A DNA stretch of 63,469 bases, filler included, from Sanchytrium tribonematis (GCA_018985235.1; 7 parts of 7 records of this genome joined end to end with filler, not necessarily neighbours in it), one strand, 5' to 3'. Positions 36,406 to 49,159 are shown, counted from the first letter of the whole stretch. A program made the numbers and translations. The notes: generated by a model from the letters alone, not told the origin.

Positions 36406-36936
36406 CCTGATGTTTTAGGAGTTGAAGAATTAAATGCTACCAACAGAGTTGTAACCCTGTGGACCCGTGCTCCAGAACTTGTTCTTGGAACCACCAAGTA
36501 TGGAATTGAAATTGATTTATGGTCCGCGGGGTGCATCTTGTATGAACTCTTATTAATGACATCCGCATTTTCAGGAAATTCAGAACTGGAACTTGTCGGT
36601 AATTTTTTAGATTTTTTTTCTGACGAAAATATTGGCTATTTAAAGAAACGTGATTACCCTTGGTCGTTTTTATTGTACTCTGCGGAACATTGTCGAGAAT
36701 CAAAACGACGTGAAGTTAAAGAATTGGCGATGAGAGAGCTCGAATCGAATCAAATTGAACTAATTAAAGGGCTTATGCATGTTGAACCTGAAAAGAGATT
36801 AACCGCAAAGCAGGCTATTGCCAATAATTTTTTTATACCCAGTCCCTCGTTATTTTCACTTAATAATATAGAAGATATGCATGAGCAGCGTGCCAAAAGC
36901 GATAAACTCAAATTTAGAAAAAAATCTCAAGAATAA
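36406..36936 (+). CDS. Cyclin-dependent kinase, C-terminal part (5'-partial)
   Basis: TNRVVTLWTRAPELVLGTTKYGIEIDLWSAGCILYELL ... PEKRLTAKQA. Confidence 0.85.
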   Translation, partial: PDVLGVEELNATNRVVTLWTRAPELVLGTTKYGIEIDLWSAGCILYELLLMTSAFSGNSELELVGNFLDFFSDENIGYLKKRDYPWSFLLYSAEHCRESKRREVKELAMRELESNQIELIKGLMHVEPEKRLTAKQAIANNFFIPSPSLFSLNNIEDMHEQRAKSDKLKFRKKSQE

Positions 36937-36972
36937 TAATGAATAAAACATTTTCAGGGGTGCTTTGGAACA

Positions 36973-38198
36973 ATGTCTCTCAATAGAATTGCCAAGTCTA
37001 TAAGTTCTCAGTCTGACGACGATGTTGTCATTGTTGCAGCATATCGAACACCGATTACAAGAGCAAAAAAAGGAGGCTTTAAAGATACTCCGGTTGAAGA
37101 ACTCTTGGATATAGCCTTACGAGGAATTTTGGAGAAAACAAAAATTAAACCTGAGCTTGTTGAAGAAATAACTGTTGGCACTGTCTGCACCCCAAGCGGA
37201 GGAGCACTAGTTAGCAGAATGGCAGCGTTATCAGCCGGATTTCCCATTACTTGTTCTGTTTCGACTGTTAACAGACAGTGCTCATCTGGTCTTCAGGCTG
37301 TTGCTAGCGTATCTCATGCAATTATTGCTGGTGACATTGACATTGGTATTGGCGCAGGTGTCGAGAGCATGACAAAACACTATATGGTACCAGGTATGTT
37401 GCCAGAGTCTTTCAGTGAGCGCGTTAGCAGCGCAAATAGTGACGCACAAAATGCTATGCTACCTATGGGTATGACAAGCGACAATGTTGCTTCAGAATTT
37501 CGTGTTTCCAGAGAGAAACAGGACCAGTTTGCTGCGTTGTCCCACAATAGAGCCGAAAAAGCTCAGAAATTAGGGCACTTTAAGGAGGAAATTTTACCGT
37601 CAAAGATTTTATTAGACGGACAATCAAAGACTATTGATACCGATGATGGAATTAGACCTGGAACTACTCCAGAAAAATTAAGCAAACTTAGACCTGCATT
37701 CGGCGCTGGTGGAACTACAACTGCTGGAAATGCTTCTCAGGTTAGTGATGGCGCAGCTGCCGTTTTACTGATGAGACGATCCATTGCAAAGAAACTGGGT
37801 TTTAAGCCTTTAGCAAAGTTTGTTGCATCCGCAGTTGTAGGTGTTCCGCCACATCTAATGGGAATCGGTCCAGCATACGCAATTCCAGCTGCTGCTAAAA
37901 AAGCTGGTATATCTGTTCAAGACGTCGATATTTACGAGATTAATGAAGCATTCGCCTCTCAGGCTGTATATTGTGTTGAGAAATTAAAGATTCCCGTTGA
38001 GAAAGTCAATGTCAAAGGCGGAGCCATTGCTCTCGGACATCCGCGTATATTTTTTTTAATTTAGTTGGATGTACAGGTGCTAGACAGATTGCAACACTAT
38101 TACCAGAATTGAAGCGTTACAATAAAAAAATCGGATGCACTTCAATGTGCATTGGTACCGGTATGGGAATGGCATCAATTATCTATAACGAGCAGTAA
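36973..38198 (+). CDS. POT1: 3-ketoacyl-CoA thiolase (peroxisomal type); two exons (intron 38045-38064)
   Basis: NRQCSSG, NEAF; removing a 20-nt intron restores GHP-LGCTGAR...SMCIGTGMG. Confidence 0.9.
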
Positions 38199-38241
38199 TA
38201 AAACTCTATTTTCTTGCCAATATTTTCGAAACAAATTATTT

Positions 38242-41161
38242 ATGAATCTTGAAATTTGCCGTTTAAAAGGAATATTGAAAAAAGAGCAACTAGAAGGCCA
38301 CTTTGAGCTTGATCCGGAATATTACTATAGAAATGGTTTACCTAGCAATGAACTTATCAATTCATACTCTGGACCAGATATACTTCGATTTATATATTCA
38401 CAATTGAATGGGTACGATTATCCTTTTATCCACGCAAAAAACTCAGAAATTGATTTTTTTGTGCAATTTATGAATCATTATCAAAATTTGCCAGCTAATA
38501 TAGAAAATATTATCGAACTTTTAAAATTCTATCAACTAACATTTCAAAACTTGTGGATTCATTTTAGACCATCTCTTTGCATTATTGTTAAAGATATTTT
38601 GCTCAAAAATTGTAATAAAAATCAGCTGCTTCCATTGATGGGTCTCAAAACGAAAGACTTGAGAAAAATAAGGCCAGGTGAGCATCCAATCGATAAACTG
38701 TTCCCTGCTGAGTCCAAAATTCTTGACAATAGTCATAAACTAGACTATTTTTCGTGGGAAAATATTACCTTAAAATTAGACGAAGCTAATTCTAACACCA
38801 TTTTGAACAATAAGGAAATTCCTGGAAAAATTCTACCGTATTTGTACTCGCAGTTTGCAAAATGCTATGGCAAAGCTCTTATGTCTATTTCCACTAGTCA
38901 TTCAAGAGAGTTCTCAATCGAAGGTGCACCTTTAAGGTTCATGCTAAAACAAATGACGAACATTGACGATAATATTTCAGAATCTACCGTAGTTATTGAG
39001 ATTCCTGTGAATGTATCGCCTTGGAAATACTTTTGGGTAACTTGGCATTACAATATGGGCATATGCTTAAAATCAAAATCAAAGGACTTACCCGCTCTAT
39101 TATCCAAAACTGTACAAAACGACCTGAATGTATTGTATACTCACAACAAGGTTAAATTTGCTGCTGAACAACTGTCTAATTATTGCTCAAGAATATTTAG
39201 TACTCTACTCACACATCCAGTACTGGACTGTGATATGGCTGCGATTCACTCTTATTTAAGCCAAGGAAGCGATATTTTGAAAGCACTTGTATTAGTAGGT
39301 ATGGCAGCTCATTCAAAAATTAGCCATCATCATAAGACTAGTTATTCATCGAATCATTTAATCTCATATTTATCACAAATTGATCCATCTCCTATTTTAA
39401 AATCAGGTATATTGATTGCCAAGGGACTTCTTTTTATGAGTAGTCCAAAACATGTTCCATTCCAAAAAAGGCCTTTCACGAAAGAACTCAATAGCATGGA
39501 TTACCTACAAGAATGTTCCGATCTTGTTTTAAATTTCAAATTTGAATCCAAAGTTATGGATTTACAAGACGTTGAATTTTCTTGCTCAAACGGTTATACT
39601 AGTGATCTTGATGTTCTTGTTTTTTCAGCGGGTGTTGGATTTGGACTTACTACAATGGGAATTTTGCATGCAGACTATGACATTCTAAGTCAAATTTTGA
39701 AAAAGATGATTCAAAATATTGACAGAATATCTTGCGATAAGCTTGATTTTAAAATGCAAAAGTTGCACCAATTACCCCAGAAATATTTAAAAATAGATGG
39801 TAAGGAATTGAATGAGGGACGTACACCAAGACCTTTTAGTAGCATAGCAAGCTCGTATGTCGCTCTAATGTTATCATATCTAGATTCGGGAAACAAGGAA
39901 TTAGCGGAAAGCCTTAACATCTTCAAATTTGTAGAAACACCAGATCAATTTTTACAATATAAACGTAAATTTTCGATAGAGGATTCTCTTTATCGTGCTT
40001 TGCTTATTAGTCTAATAGAGAAAGTTGATTTTGATACTCTCGTCGGTGAAATCAGATTCGCTTTCATACCTGATCCATATAAAGAAATTTTAAGTTCTAA
40101 CGTACAAATACATTTGTACTCAATTCTAGTCGGAGCATTTTTGGGTCACTGCATTCATAATATGGGATCCCATAAAAATAGCATATTAAAATCGTTTTAT
40201 AAAATTATGAAGTCATTCAGAGCATTGGATAAAATCAACACGGCTTTGATGCATGAAATTTGTGATTTGGCAATATTGTCTATCTGCATTGTATTTACAG
40301 GAAGCTGTTCTAAACAATTGGGATCTTTCATTAAAAGTAGAATGGACTTGGCAAAATGTTTTAAGAGATTATCAATTTTAAATCAAAGTTTAGGATTATT
40401 ATTTTTGGGAAATGGTCTATTTGGCATAAGAGATTCTCTTGTTGGTAAGGCTTTTACATTGTTGATGGTATTCCCGCAATTTCCCTCTGACATTGAAGAC
40501 CATACAATGATCTTTCCTGCGTTAAAATATCTTTGGGTACATGTTCTTGATTCTCGTAAATTTGAAATGAAAAACATACTTACAAACGAACAAGTAAGTG
40601 TTCTAACTAAAATAAGTGACTCATTTGTTGGAGATCACTCTTATTATATTTCTCCAGTCACACTTAAAAATTCTAGTGGTCCTCAAAAATTCTCAATCAT
40701 AGATCCACAATTCGAGCAGGATAATTTTGAGCTTTATTTTAATGAATATAGTTCATTGAAAGCAGAAACCAAAACTATGCACAATAATAGTATTTATCTG
40801 TTCCCCAAAATAACAGATCCTCTTCACAGTGTACTTTATTTTGATTTAGAATATAGCTTCTTTGGAAATGAATGTTTCGTTCAAAAAACAATTAGTGGAC
40901 GTTGTTGGTATGTGTGGCAATTACTATCTAGTAGATGATATATTTATGATTTTTGAGAGCGTCCCAAAAGATAAAGATTTAGTGAAATTGTCGAATTTTA
41001 TGTGGGATGTCAAACTTTTGGTTGCATATGTGACCTGCAGTCAAACTGATATACCAAATTCGATAATCCACAAGTTGCTGCAAACTTTGGAATCTTTCAG
41101 AAGTGCCGAAAATAACGATCTCGGTATTCAAAGAATTTTTCATGAATATGATGACGAGTAA
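38242..41161 (+). CDS. APC1: Anaphase-promoting complex subunit 1 (PC-repeat and C-terminal part); two exons (intron 40831-40849)
   Basis: SAGVGFGL, LGLLFLGNG, FPQFP...FPALKYLWV resemble APC1 motifs; 19-nt GTACTTTATTTTGATTTAG joins ORF 40862..41161. Confidence 0.7.
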
Positions 41162-41171
41162 GAAATACGAT

Positions 41172-41574
41172 TTATTTTCTATTGTAGTAATTTTCGACTT
41201 TGCTAACTCCAAGATTAATAATTCTGCAACAGCCATCTCTCTACGTTAGTTTTGAAGCTCAGAAGTCTATATGATGTTATCATCAATAAGCAGAAACAGC
41301 CTCTTTATCCTCATTGCAATAAACTTACATCTTTTTCCATCATTGTGCAAACTTTACAATAATAGGCGTCGCTTGCATCAGGAGCGTTGCATACGATACA
41401 TCTACCAGATGAATTGCCCATAGCACATTCGTCACATATTTTGGCTTTTGTTTCCATATCGACAAAGCTATCGCATAAAATGCAACGATCCTCGTGAGTA
41501 GCGCAAACTCTTCCGGTAGAAATCCCGGCAATTTTACGACACAAGCTTAGGTCGTAGTGATACTTTGTCGCCAT
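41172..41574 (-). CDS. PHF5A: PHF5A/Rds3 SF3b zinc-cluster splicing factor; two exons (intron 41241-41328)
   Basis: MATKYHYDLSLCRK...EKD then RDGCCRIINLG after an 88-nt GTAAGT...CTAACGTAG intron. Confidence 0.92.
41257..41317 (-). ncRNA. Putative intronic box C/D snoRNA
   Basis: Minus strand: GC-A-ATGAGGA (box C) ... AGAGGCTGTT-T-CTGC (guide + D') ... TGATGA (C') ... CTGA (D)-GC. Confidence 0.65.
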
Positions 41575-41621
41575 GAGGGTATGGGAACAACAGTTTCGAG
41601 GAGATTGTAGAATCGTTTTAT

Positions 41622-42176
41622 TTAAATCTCGTATTTTTTCTCTACCATACCCTCTGGTGGTTTTACTTCAACCTTCTTATTTTTAACTTCATCCCAATTG
41701 GTGGAAAGAACGGTCCCTCCACTTTCTAAAAATGACTTTTGCATTGCTTTTTGAGCTTCGGGTGAAACATCTTTGAAAAGCTTTTTAAAAAAATCATTAG
41801 GATCACCACCACCTTCCTTATCTTTTTCTTCGTCTTCAACCTTGAGTCTGTCCCACTGGTGGTAGCTTTTACCAATGTATTCGTGCTCTGGCTTTGGATG
41901 TGGAGCATGAAGTTCTTTAGGTTGACTGTCTTTTTTCTGCAAATCAGGCCAAAGTTCTGCATCTACCTTTTTAAGTATAACAGACTGTTTCTTTTTTCCT
42001 TTTTCTATCTTAGATTCAGATGGAATGACTTTGTAGGCGAGGAAAATCTCAGTCACAGAATCATCGTTATGAATTGCAATTTTCTGGTCCTCTATTTTAA
42101 TATCCGCATCAGGTTTGTATATCTCTACAGTTATGGAAGTGTCTGTTTGAAAATATTGATATTTAACGCTAGACAT
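41622..42176 (-). CDS. SGT1: SGT1 co-chaperone (CS + SGS domains, no TPR)
   Basis: YQYFQT CS start; AMQKSFLESGGTVLSTNWDEV SGS motif. Confidence 0.9.
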   Translation of the reverse strand: MSSVKYQYFQTDTSITVEIYKPDADIKIEDQKIAIHNDDSVTEIFLAYKVIPSESKIEKGKKKQSVILKKVDAELWPDLQKKDSQPKELHAPHPKPEHEYIGKSYHQWDRLKVEDEEKDKEGGGDPNDFFKKLFKDVSPEAQKAMQKSFLESGGTVLSTNWDEVKNKKVEVKPPEGMVEKKYEI

Positions 42177-42201
42177 TTTTGCTGTATCAAATTCTCCTTA
42201 A

Positions 42202-43329
42202 TTACGAATTTTTGATACGTTTGCGAAAAATGGAAAAAATGTAGAAAAAGAATTTGAAAAATAAACCAATAATCGGTATAATAATTTCGACAAAACTAAG
42301 AGCTATATCCATCAAAGGCTCACTAGAGGAATAATTCAGGGTATACTGAAATAGATACTCCAATTGATTGATCATTGCACCGTAAAGATCATATATTACG
42401 ATATTGAGATCTTCTACAATATCCTTATAATATAGAACGTCTTGTATTAATTTTTTTGACTCTTCTCCTTGTGTAATCGATTCATTGAATATATCGGTAA
42501 TTTGGTACTTCCAAAACATTAATTGTTGGGGAAACGATAGACTCAATACATCTTGAAAGTCTTTTTCTGAAACATTCGCAAACCATTTTGAATTACGGCC
42601 CACTTGAAGAGAATCAATAGAGACTGGTGCATCCATCGCATTATTGGATTGAGCAGGTGTTGTTAAAGAACCCGAGCTTCCGTACTCATTCATCCTTCTA
42701 CAGGATTCTAAAATTAATCTGGAATTTTCTATTTTGCTGTGTATTTTTGCATCGAGCTCTTCTACATTGCTTTCCAAGTCTTCCACAGTTAAATGCATAT
42801 CCTCTGATATGAAAGTCATCTTTTTTAAACATTTTTTATAAATTATTAAATTATTCTCATTGACAACGCTCTCAAACGAAGCAAATTCATTTATATGTCT
42901 GGTCGACTCTTGCCTCTCAACGTCATCACTTGGTGATCTTGAAGACTTAGCTATATCGCTAGTCGTGTCTAGTGAATAGGCTGAGTACTTTTTAATGTCC
43001 TCCATTAATTCAAACTTTCGCATGTCAGCAACTCTTATATCTAATTTATGAATTTTACTTCCGGTAAAGACACTACCGTCTTTTTTAAACGGCTCGGTCA
43101 TTTGCCGCAAAGCGTGAAGTGGATTGTATTTTTTTCCTTGATCTTCTAGTTCCTTGATGTATTCGTAACGGTCTTCTATGTAATCTTTAGCATAAGTTGA
43201 ACGATGATTAGTGGCTGCTGAGTTAATTGACATAATAGAGTTTGATTTGGACATGGGTATCAGAGAAAGAGTGTCTCTGTTATCTATTTGCTCATCGTCT
43301 AGTAAACTAGCCGCGTTAAATTCTGACAT
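42202..43329 (-). CDS. Hypothetical coiled-coil protein with C-terminal TM
   Basis: 375-codon ORF with hydrophobic C-terminus and basic tail. Confidence 0.55.
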   Translation of the reverse strand: MSEFNAASLLDDEQIDNRDTLSLIPMSKSNSIMSINSAATNHRSTYAKDYIEDRYEYIKELEDQGKKYNPLHALRQMTEPFKKDGSVFTGSKIHKLDIRVADMRKFELMEDIKKYSAYSLDTTSDIAKSSRSPSDDVERQESTRHINEFASFESVVNENNLIIYKKCLKKMTFISEDMHLTVEDLESNVEELDAKIHSKIENSRLILESCRRMNEYGSSGSLTTPAQSNNAMDAPVSIDSLQVGRNSKWFANVSEKDFQDVLSLSFPQQLMFWKYQITDIFNESITQGEESKKLIQDVLYYKDIVEDLNIVIYDLYGAMINQLEYLFQYTLNYSSSEPLMDIALSFVEIIIPIIGLFFKFFFYIFSIFRKRIKNS

Positions 43330-43378
43330 AATTTATTCGAATGTGAATTGTAAAACAAGGATATTTAACAATTCTTCA

Positions 43379-45381
43379 CTAATTACCAAAGAGGCTCAAA
43401 ACTCGATCAATGCCTTTCGGCTTAGTCTTGTCGGCCAATTCTCGAGCTTGTGGAACAGGGCAACGTGAAGCCTCAGCTGCTTGGCAGTAAAGTCGGTATG
43501 CTTTTTTCGTGTCCTTGTCGCATCCAATTCCGTTTTGATAGATGTAAGCCAGTCTGTAGGCACTTGGACCATAATCCATTCTAGAAGACGCTGCATACCA
43601 AAATATGGCTCTAGTATAATTGATCTCGCACAATTTTCCTTCCTCATAAATCTTAGCAAATCGATACTGCGATTCAGGATTAAAAGGTTTTGACTGAGCT
43701 GCTTGTTTGTAAGACTCAAACGCATTTTCTTTGCTAAGAGAAACACCTAGTCCTTTTTCGTAACATTCAGCAATATTTATATATGCATCATTACAACCAC
43801 ATTCCAATGATTTTTGAAAGTGGTAAAACGCTTTGGAATTATCTACTGTTGTACCCAACTCGCCATTTAAATATGCAGTACCTAAAATTTTGTGTGCTAG
43901 ACCATTACCGGCAGAGGAGGCACTCTCAAAATAGTGCTTTGCCATTGCAGAGTCTTTCTTAACCCCTCTGCCACTTGAGTAGCATAGACCTACATTTAGC
44001 AGACTACTTGCATGACCTTGGTCACTTGCTTGCTTAAAGCATTTAAATGCTTCAGCATATTGCTTCCTGAGTTCGTAGCAACGACCAAGAGCATTAAGAG
44101 CTGAAGGATTACTTTGTGCTACTCTTAAATATGATATGGCCTTCGGAATGTCTCTTTTAATCCCCCCTTCCCCTCTCAAAAATACCTTTCCCAAAGCCAC
44201 GCTCGCTTCAAGGTTACCAATTTTAGCAGCACGAGATAAGTAGTCAACTGCTTTCTTCATATCAGCTTCGCTCTTAGTCGAGGCGTATCTCTTTGCAAGC
44301 TCATACATGGCTTCAGCATCTCCATCATCTGCATATCGCTTCACAGTAGTAAAACCAGTTGTCATATTGAGTTGACTATTACGGGTAGCTGTAAAGACAT
44401 TAGATTCTTTGATTGCGAGATTCGGATCGGCTTTAACCTGAGTATGGCGGTGTTGCTCTGTGTTGTTTGAAGAAATTTGGGAAATATCTGCACGAGGTAT
44501 CTGTGTATTTTCATTGGCGATGGTCGGTATGTTACTTTGAGGAACAACAGGTACTTGAGCTTGTTGCCCGTAGTAATAATTGTAATATTGTGGATCATAA
44601 TAATACTGTTGGTTATAATAAGGATCCTGTTGATAATACTGAAATTGATTATGCGAAACAGTATCCGTGCCAGATGTGGGTTCGGGATTGAGTGTATTGT
44701 GAGTTAAATTTGAGTCCATATCAAGGTTCAAATTTTTCGTAATTGCATCATCAATCTTATTTAGCTTGGGAGAAATATTTAGCGGTTCTTTCGATAAATC
44801 TGTATTCACTTCAAGCTGATTATTGGAATTGTTTTCAGTCTGAGATGATTCTTTTGAATTTTCTGAAGAAAGACTTATCTTTTTCTGCGATTCAATCGAT
44901 ATTGGAGACGGTTTGTCCGCAGTTGGACTTGAAAAATCAATTAGTAATTCATCTAGATTAATAGGAGTTGTTGGAGGTATGTTATTAGACATTATAATTG
45001 GCACACCTTCTAGCAATTCACCTTTATGAGTGTCTTCAAGATCCTCAGGCTTAGAATAATATGTTTCTGAAACATCTGAATCTACCATTCCTGGTGATTG
45101 ACTGGAAGAATTATTTGAATCGTTATCTAAATTGGAAGAAAACTCATCCGAAATAGATATTGAATCAGACGGAAGTTTGAAATTATCATTAAATTTGGGA
45201 TCAGATCTATTGGCGCTAACATTGTGCGATGGATCGAAAAATTTTGGCTCCGAAATTGATTGAACTACATTTTCGTTATTGTTAGATAGCTTTTCAGTGA
45301 CTTCTTTTGAGGTTTCATCTGAACTTTCCTTATAGAATTTAATGTCATCACTATTTAAACTCAAATTCGTCTCTGTGTTGA
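43379..45381 (-). CDS. SEL1-repeat protein with low-complexity N-terminus (5'-partial)
   Basis: Repeated A...LG..Y..G.GV.KD...A..YF..A motifs. Confidence 0.85.
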
Positions 45382-45481
45382 NNNNNNNNNNNNNNNNNNN
45401 NNNNNNNNNNNNNNNNNNNNNNNNNTTAATTAATTAANNNNNNNNNNNNNNNNNNNNNNNNNNNNNNNNNNNNNNNNNNNN

Positions 45482-46309
45482 AAAGCAGATAAAGAAGACA
45501 ATACATATACATATCAAGGACTATCTTTGATTGAAATGAAACCATTTATTGATAATGGGTTGGATTTGCATCAAAAAGATGAAAATGGCAAATCATTGAT
45601 TTTATTGGCACTTAGAGTGGGTACATTGGAATTAATCGAATATTTAATAGCCAAGGGTGCAAATATACATGATAAAACAATCAAAGAGTCAAATGCAATC
45701 CATTTTGCAGCACTCCGAAAACCTGTTTATCATAAAAATGAAGAAACCCAGCAAATATTTGATTATTTAGATCCCAAAGATGTGAATGTGGTTAATGAAT
45801 CTGGTGATATCCCATTAGTCTATGCAATAAGTGCCAATAATTTAATATCTGTCCAATATTTAGTGAAACGAGGAGCAAATGTCAATCACATCACGACCCT
45901 CCAACTCAAGAAATACACCGTATTGAGTTTATCATTACTATTAGCCTCTAAAGATCCAAATCATAATGAATCTATCCCAATGTATTTACTTGAAAATGGC
46001 GCAGATCCTAATTTACAGGGATTTGAAAATCAAGCCATTATTTTCGCATTAGCATCCAACAAATGGTCTAAATTAGACAAGGTTATTCATCATTTATTTA
46101 CAATGGTCCATAATATCCATTTAAAAGCCGTAGATGACATAGATCCAACTATTGCTGCTGTTTTATTCTCTGGTGGTCAATTTGCTGAAACTGCTTTAAA
46201 ATTAGGTGGGAATCCAAATGAGGTATTTCAAAATAAACCATTAATACAGCATGTTGAAAAGAATCCAGATTTAGTCCAGTTATTACTAAAATATGGTGCA
46301 ACTCAATAA
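45482..46309 (+). CDS. Ankyrin-repeat protein (5'-partial)
   Basis: GKSLILLA, LIAKGANI, GDIPLVYA, LLENGADPN. Confidence 0.8.
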   Translation, partial: KADKEDNTYTYQGLSLIEMKPFIDNGLDLHQKDENGKSLILLALRVGTLELIEYLIAKGANIHDKTIKESNAIHFAALRKPVYHKNEETQQIFDYLDPKDVNVVNESGDIPLVYAISANNLISVQYLVKRGANVNHITTLQLKKYTVLSLSLLLASKDPNHNESIPMYLLENGADPNLQGFENQAIIFALASNKWSKLDKVIHHLFTMVHNIHLKAVDDIDPTIAAVLFSGGQFAETALKLGGNPNEVFQNKPLIQHVEKNPDLVQLLLKYGATQ

Positions 46310-46311
46310 AT

Positions 46312-48166
46312 TTACTTTAATTCGTCCAAACAATGTTTCTGATAATCAAAAATATCTGTATTGGGCCATACAGCACTGCTGCCATATTCCACATTAATAA
46401 TTTGTTTAAATGCATTTGGATCACTAAAAACAATATCAATAAATTTAACATCGTGACTGACGAGGACTAACGCACCTGTAAAATCACGTAATGCGTATGC
46501 CATGGCTTTCATGCTAATAATATCCAAATGATTTGACACTTCATCCATAATTAAGACATTTGGGACTTGTAAAGCTAAATAAATATAAATTACATAAACC
46601 AGCAAAAGAAACACGGGATTTTTGACCACCACTGAGTGTTTCAAGTGGCTGTAGGGCTAAATCACCTGTAATTCCAAAACTACCTAGAAATCTTCTGGCT
46701 TCTTCCATTGGTACATTTTTGAGGGATTGGATGGTTTCTACTGCATTTTTAGACATGTCAAGTGAATCAATGTGATGTTGTGAGAAATAACTGATTTTAG
46801 TACCACTATTTGTAATCACGTGACCATTCTGAGGATTTAATTGTTTCATTAATAATTTGAGAATAGTACTCTTTCCAGCACCATTTCTACCGACTAGCAC
46901 TGTTTTAGAGTTCATTCTAATCTGTAAATCCATTAAATTAACGATATTCTCCTTCACATTATCATATTTAAACACAACTTGCTTCATTTCAATCAAATTC
47001 AACTCTGAATCATCACCCGGACTTATAAAGTGATATGGCTTCACTTCCACATCCAATTCTGTTAATTCTGGCATTTCCACTTCTTTCATTTTCTCAATGA
47101 CTTTTAATTTGGATTGTGCTTGAGAAGATCTGGCAGCATTGGCTCTAAATTTATCAACAAATGCTTGTAAATGTGCTTTATCACGCTCATTATTCTCATA
47201 TTCTTTAATTTGTTGCTTGGTTAATTCCATTCTCGTCTTTTCAAATTGAGTGAAATTACCCTTGAAACATTTCAACTTGGCATTAAATAAATGATAAATA
47301 TCTGTCGCTATTTGATCTAAAAATGCAATATCGTGACTCACACAGACTACAGAACCAGGGAAACTTAAAAGATACTTTGTTAACCAACTAATTGCTGGAA
47401 TATCCAAGTGATTGGTGGGTTCATCTAATAAAAGTAAATCTGGCTGACTGAATAGAGCTTTAGCCAGTGCGACACGCATTTGCCATCCACCAGAGAATTG
47501 ATCTAATCCCCAATTGATTTGATCATGGTTAAATCCCAATCCGATTAAAAGTGACGCAGCACGTGATTCTGCAGTATCTACTTCTAAAACATCCATTTCT
47601 TCATAAATCTCATCTAATTCTTGAGTTTCTTCTGCAGTTAACTCTGTTTGGTCATTGAGTTCCTTTTCTCTATCCAATAAATAGTTTCTGACTTGGTCTG
47701 ATTTTAATACGATTTGCAAAATGGAATCTGAGGAGATTTGCAATTCTTGTTCTACGTATTTCACTTGAATGTGAAATGGAATATCAATTTCTTTATTGAC
47801 AATGGCATGTAAAATAGTAGATTTACCAGCACCATTCTTGCCAATTAAGCCATAACGACGACCATGAGTGATTTTTAATTCGCTGTCTTTTAAAACAGTC
47901 GTACCGTACAAATTCAATTGGATACTGTCTACTGAAATATCAAGAGACTCGGCTGTATCTTGTGCGAGATACTGCTCATACACTTGTTTATCAGATAGTC
48001 CAATTTTGTGCTGTTTGATTGCAGTTGTTTTTTGTTTTGCTGCTTTTTTGAGTTGCTTTTTCAATAATTTCTTATTTGCTTTTTCTAATTCCTTTTGATC
48101 TACAGCTGATTCCCGTAATTCAATGGATGAATTGCCTTTGATTTTGTTGCCGAATCCATCTTGCAT
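46312..48166 (-). CDS. ABC-F family ATPase (GCN20/ARB1-like); two exons (intron 46575-46593)
   Basis: Two GxNGAGKST Walker A motifs, FSGGWQMR, LDEPTNHLD; a 19-nt intron restores LSLQVPNVLIMDEVSNHLD. Confidence 0.9.
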
Positions 48167-48382
48167 TTTGATGTTTAGAGGAGATATCACAGATAACAAT
48201 CAATGTCACACTTGCGAGACACATGGGGGACTTTTCATAATCGTTGATTGTCAAGTGATGGTCAATTGATTACCCGTCATGTCATTCGATGCTTGCCTCG
48301 ATGCAGAAAGTCTTTTCCGGCCATTTCATTGGATCATGTCGCCTGTTTGAATTATTTGAGTTAAACGGTCCCACCGTGCCAA

Positions 48383-48952
48383 ATGATACAATTCTTAGTG
48401 CTTCTCTTGGGTTTAAGACTACACAATGGTACCCACACAGTCACAGATAGGGACAAACCCTCAAATACGACAATAGACGAACCTGATTTGCAACCCATTT
48501 TAAACACAACTACAAATAATAGCGATGATCCACCTCCAGTGCCAACAGTGACTCAGGTACCCACTACAAATGATGATCCACCTACGGATGAATCAAAAGA
48601 CGTGTCGGATGTCCCACAAATCATTACTCAAATGAGTACGAATGCCACAAATTCTACTGATGATGCAGATTCACTAAATGCTTTTACATCAACAGAAACA
48701 GGTTCCGGAATGGATATAAATATCATCTACTTCATTGTACTTGGCGTGATTGCTTTGTTGGTGCTGTATTTAGTAGCTCATTTTGTGGTCGCTTATTACA
48801 AAAGACGCACCTCTAAAATGGAATCAGAGCAACTCGAAAAGGAAATATCAGGACTAGAACATCACGAACATCAAAATCTCAAAATTAATACACATTCCAA
48901 CAATAGAATGCAATACAGTTTTCTACAATCCCCAAAATACCAAAAGTTTTAG
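48383..48952 (+). CDS. Mucin-like single-pass membrane protein
   Basis: Signal peptide, T/D/P-rich stalk, TM, YYKRR stop-transfer. Confidence 0.7.
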   Translation: MIQFLVLLLGLRLHNGTHTVTDRDKPSNTTIDEPDLQPILNTTTNNSDDPPPVPTVTQVPTTNDDPPTDESKDVSDVPQIITQMSTNATNSTDDADSLNAFTSTETGSGMDINIIYFIVLGVIALLVLYLVAHFVVAYYKRRTSKMESEQLEKEISGLEHHEHQNLKINTHSNNRMQYSFLQSPKYQKF

Positions 48953-49159
48953 GTTCTGGCAATCTTGAATAAATGACATATATTCATGTTTGATTTACAC
49001 GTACTTGCCTTACCTTAATAGCTAGAGGAGATGTCCATTGTCTTTCTCTTGTTATCAGTCTCACAGCGCCAACAGCAACGAGATCATATCGCCAGCCAAT
49101 CAAAGACCGGTAAATTGTCTGAGAGACGCTATTTCTTCTAGATGGCTTCCCACGATTGA

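Noticed and set aside
41281..41292. GCTTATTGAT in the PHF5A intron, complementary to the LSU 5' region
   Set aside because: It lies between D' and C' and overlaps both, so it is not in a guide position; probably coincidental.
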